Assembly (NCBI RefSeq): GCF_000009045.1
Contig: NC_000964.3
Location: forward strand, 2,010,001 to 2,042,000
Direction of reading: 5' to 3'
Origin: Bacillus subtilis subsp. subtilis str. 168
GTDB lineage: Bacteria; Bacillota; Bacilli; Bacillales; Bacillaceae
Length of the DNA stretch: 32,000 nt
Shown: positions 29,610 through 32,000 of the stretch, one piece after another
How positions within the stretch are numbered: the stretch's first letter is position 1
Layout: every line of letters starts with the position of its first letter
The notes under the pieces: model-generated
What the model saw: only the letters and a program-made list of their open reading frames with translations
Database searches by the model: none
What the model was told of the DNA's origin: nothing
Translations under genes and position numbers: made by a program

Positions 29610-30365
29610 TCAAGCTAGTGTATTAAGTAACTTTTCAAATTTATTTATACTCATGATCTCGTGAGTCACAAATCTCCCATCAAAAAAAACGCTAAAAGTT
29701 GTCCAAATAGCTGGTGACTTTTGTGCCTCTTCTTTCGATGATAACTGAATTGACTGAAATTGAACCCCTTTCTTTTCAGTCAATTCCCGCAAATCATTTA
29801 TCATGCCCACTGCAAACGGACACTGAGCTGTATAGTATATCGTAATCCCCTTTTCATTGATAGAATCACTTTTCACCTGGCTCTTAAATGCAGGAGAATC
29901 TGCAAGGCCATTCCAAGTCAAAGCCATTAATTGAAAATAAGGGGCAGCTTCATCTTGTAGAGTAAACCCCATATGCTCAAAGAAATGCTTATCACTTAAA
30001 TAGGGCAGTTTTTTCTTGCCTGCGATATGGATAATGCCATCCATGCCGCACGCTTTCGCATCTGCTATACATTTGTCCAACAATCGTTTCGCATGACCGT
30101 TATTTTTATATCTGCCAGACACCCACAGACAATTAATGTACATAAAATTAGGCGCATTGATAGGCACCCATGCCTCATTCGCAGGTAGGTATTCAATAAA
30201 GACTTTTGCCCGTTCATGTAAGCGATAGAACACCAATCCTTCATCCATTCGAGCTTTGAGCCATCTCTTCTTTTCATTAACTGCATGCTCATATTGTTTC
30301 GTGCTTAATGCACAGCAAATATGATTGTCTTCAATATTGTCCTTTGTGATTTCAATGTAGCACAT
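29610..30365 (-). CDS. yoaP: GNAT N-acetyltransferase fused to a C-terminal thioredoxin-fold-like domain
   Basis: 251 aa. GRYKNNGHAKRLLDKCIADAKACGMDG acetyl-CoA motif; C-terminal KGITIYYTAQCPFAVGMINDLREL. Confidence 0.88.
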   Translation of the reverse strand: MCYIEITKDNIEDNHICCALSTKQYEHAVNEKKRWLKARMDEGLVFYRLHERAKVFIEYLPANEAWVPINAPNFMYINCLWVSGRYKNNGHAKRLLDKCIADAKACGMDGIIHIAGKKKLPYLSDKHFFEHMGFTLQDEAAPYFQLMALTWNGLADSPAFKSQVKSDSINEKGITIYYTAQCPFAVGMINDLRELTEKKGVQFQSIQLSSKEEAQKSPAIWTTFSVFFDGRFVTHEIMSINKFEKLLNTLA

Positions 30366-30675
30366 CTCCTCTTTCCCCCCTTTAACATAATTACATGGAA
30401 TTCAACTTCACACTTTACATGCCTAATAGAATAAATACCCGTTCCAACTTAAATACTTTTTCTTTTCCATTTTGCCAATTAACTGTAAAACCCTTCTTTT
30501 ATTCAGATATTATCTTGATTCCTATATCACCCATTTCAAATCCAAAGTGTGTTCATCTTTGAGGATTAGATGCACTGCTTATGCTATAAATACAGTACAC
30601 GAAGTTTTTTATTTGAAGTAATATTTGTTACGGGACAGCAATAGTAAATAAGTGATAAAAGGGGAATTAAACTTG

Positions 30676-31029
30676 GTGGAAAAATGTTATTCTTGTTTAA
30701 TTTGCGGATACAAAGGATTAATTCAAAATCCTTTGTATAAAGGCGAGTATCAAAAAACGTTTGACATTTGTCCATGTTGCGGTTTTGAATTTGGCTACAG
30801 TGAGGATCATGATGTGAGGTTAGGTTTTATTGTAACTCCTGATCATTTAATTGAGGCTGCATTTCAATTGTATCGCAAACAATGGCTTGAGAGCGGGATG
30901 GTAATTGCTCATCCGGAAGATATTCCAGAAGAATTGAAAAATGGCAATTGCTTAAAATTTGAAGTTTTGTTGAAACAATTGAAAAAACTAAATCTTGACA
31001 TAGAAAATTTTGAAATTAGCGGTTTTTAA
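30676..31029 (+). CDS. Cysteine-rich CPCC-domain small protein
   Basis: Conserved cysteines CYSCLICGYKGL...FDICPCCGFEFGYSEDH. Likely starts at TTG 30673 or GTG 30676 after AAAGGGG; the ORF track opens at 30652. Probably yoaQ by position, not certain. Confidence 0.75.
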   Translation: MEKCYSCLICGYKGLIQNPLYKGEYQKTFDICPCCGFEFGYSEDHDVRLGFIVTPDHLIEAAFQLYRKQWLESGMVIAHPEDIPEELKNGNCLKFEVLLKQLKKLNLDIENFEISGF

Positions 31030-31329
31030 TGATGAAACAGGTTGCACTTGTTTAGGTTTCACTGTCATTATCAGTAAAATGTTAAGTTGAAATGCGCAAT
31101 CAGTCACAAAGTCTCTATTCGTATTCAATAAAGACTTTGTGATCATCGACAAACATTTCACTCCCATCGGATAAAGTATCCAAAAGGCCTCCTCTGGTTC
31201 TTCTCTATAGTCATTAATCACAGTCACTTTGACATTTGACTCAGCTATGATTGGTTTTCCAACAATTTTTCGTTTTTTCCTCAGGCAAAGTAAGAGATCG
31301 AATCATCAAAGCCATTCCATCTTTACTGT

Positions 31330-31827
31330 CTAATTAACGCCATCTTCAGTGAATTTAAAGGTCTGTTTTAAATTGCGTCCTTCTTGCCCCTTCTGTGTCC
31401 AAATTATAACAACCTCTAATTCAGAGGCCTTATCTGCCAGCATAAAATGATTGAACTTCAGCGGTGAGCCATCATTTAAACTTTCAGCTAACATTTTAGA
31501 ATCTTCTTTTGGTTTGACACAATTTTCATCGGGACATCCAAAAAGCGAAAACCTTGTGATTGAATTAGGGTCATTTCTATACAATTGCACATCCACTGTA
31601 GCTGCTTTTTCCCCTATATTTTTGACTTCCAAGGAATATACTTGATATTCTCCTTTATGAGGTCTCGTAAATTCCTTTACATTTTTTGCTTCACTTACTT
31701 TTACTGACCACTGGTCTGTTTTTTGTGTAATAGGCAACACCGTAAAAGTCAGGGCATGCGCTTTTGATTGGCAAAACGTAAATCCAACTGCTGTAAAAAC
31801 AATTACAGAAAATAATACCCTTTTCAC
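31330..31827 (-). CDS. Secreted protein of unknown function
   Basis: 165 aa, signal peptide MKRVLFSVIVFTAVGFTFCQSKAHA, GAAGGAGGG RBS immediately upstream, extracytoplasmic beta-rich domain with CPDENC cysteine pair. Confidence 0.78.
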   Translation of the reverse strand: MKRVLFSVIVFTAVGFTFCQSKAHALTFTVLPITQKTDQWSVKVSEAKNVKEFTRPHKGEYQVYSLEVKNIGEKAATVDVQLYRNDPNSITRFSLFGCPDENCVKPKEDSKMLAESLNDGSPLKFNHFMLADKASELEVVIIWTQKGQEGRNLKQTFKFTEDGVN

Positions 31828-32000
31828 TTCATTTATCCCTCCTTCCTTTCACTGGCCGCTCCTTAAAGAATTGATTTTGAGCAATCTACAAGCTCTCTTA
31901 ACCAAAACCTTACCTGAGGTTTTGTCTTTACTGCTCTGCATTTATTTCTTTCGGTATCCGAGAAGGAGCTTTGGGGATTTTTCTCAATCTGCTGTTAATC

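Noticed and set aside
30131-30151. AATGTACATAAAAT as a Ter-like sequence within yoaP
   Set aside because: Lacks CTATGTAC and the rest of the consensus in either orientation; lies in coding sequence.
1-32000. CRISPR array, prophage, toxin-antitoxin, retron or defence island
   Set aside because: No regularly spaced repeats, no integrase/transposase/RT/restriction genes, no tRNA-adjacent att-like repeats found; contents are syntenic core/terminus genes.

Overview
The window is ordinary Bacillus subtilis-group chromosome from the replication terminus region. Gene order and protein sequences match, from memory, the gltBA / gltC / proHJ / rtp / yox / yoa segment of B. subtilis. It contains no phage, transposon, CRISPR array or obvious defence island, and I see no clearly new multi-gene system. 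The strongest non-coding signals are: (1) two opposed RTP-binding Ter sites just upstream of rtp (8275-8303 and 8404-8432), forming a replication fork trap; (2) a third, full-consensus Ter-like site about 18.4 kb away, between the SRAP gene (yoaM) and a small membrane-protein gene (26797-26825), in the orientation expected for a backup stop for rightward-moving forks; (3) a SAM-I (S-box) riboswitch with terminator upstream of an uncharacterised dehydrogenase/FGGY-kinase/MFS operon (yoaD-yoaC-yoaB); (4) a 40-codon ORF missing from the supplied ORF track, upstream of yozQ. Most other findings are orphan enzymes, start-codon questions and one possible eroded gene. Gene symbols come from recalled protein sequence and gene order; no search was run.
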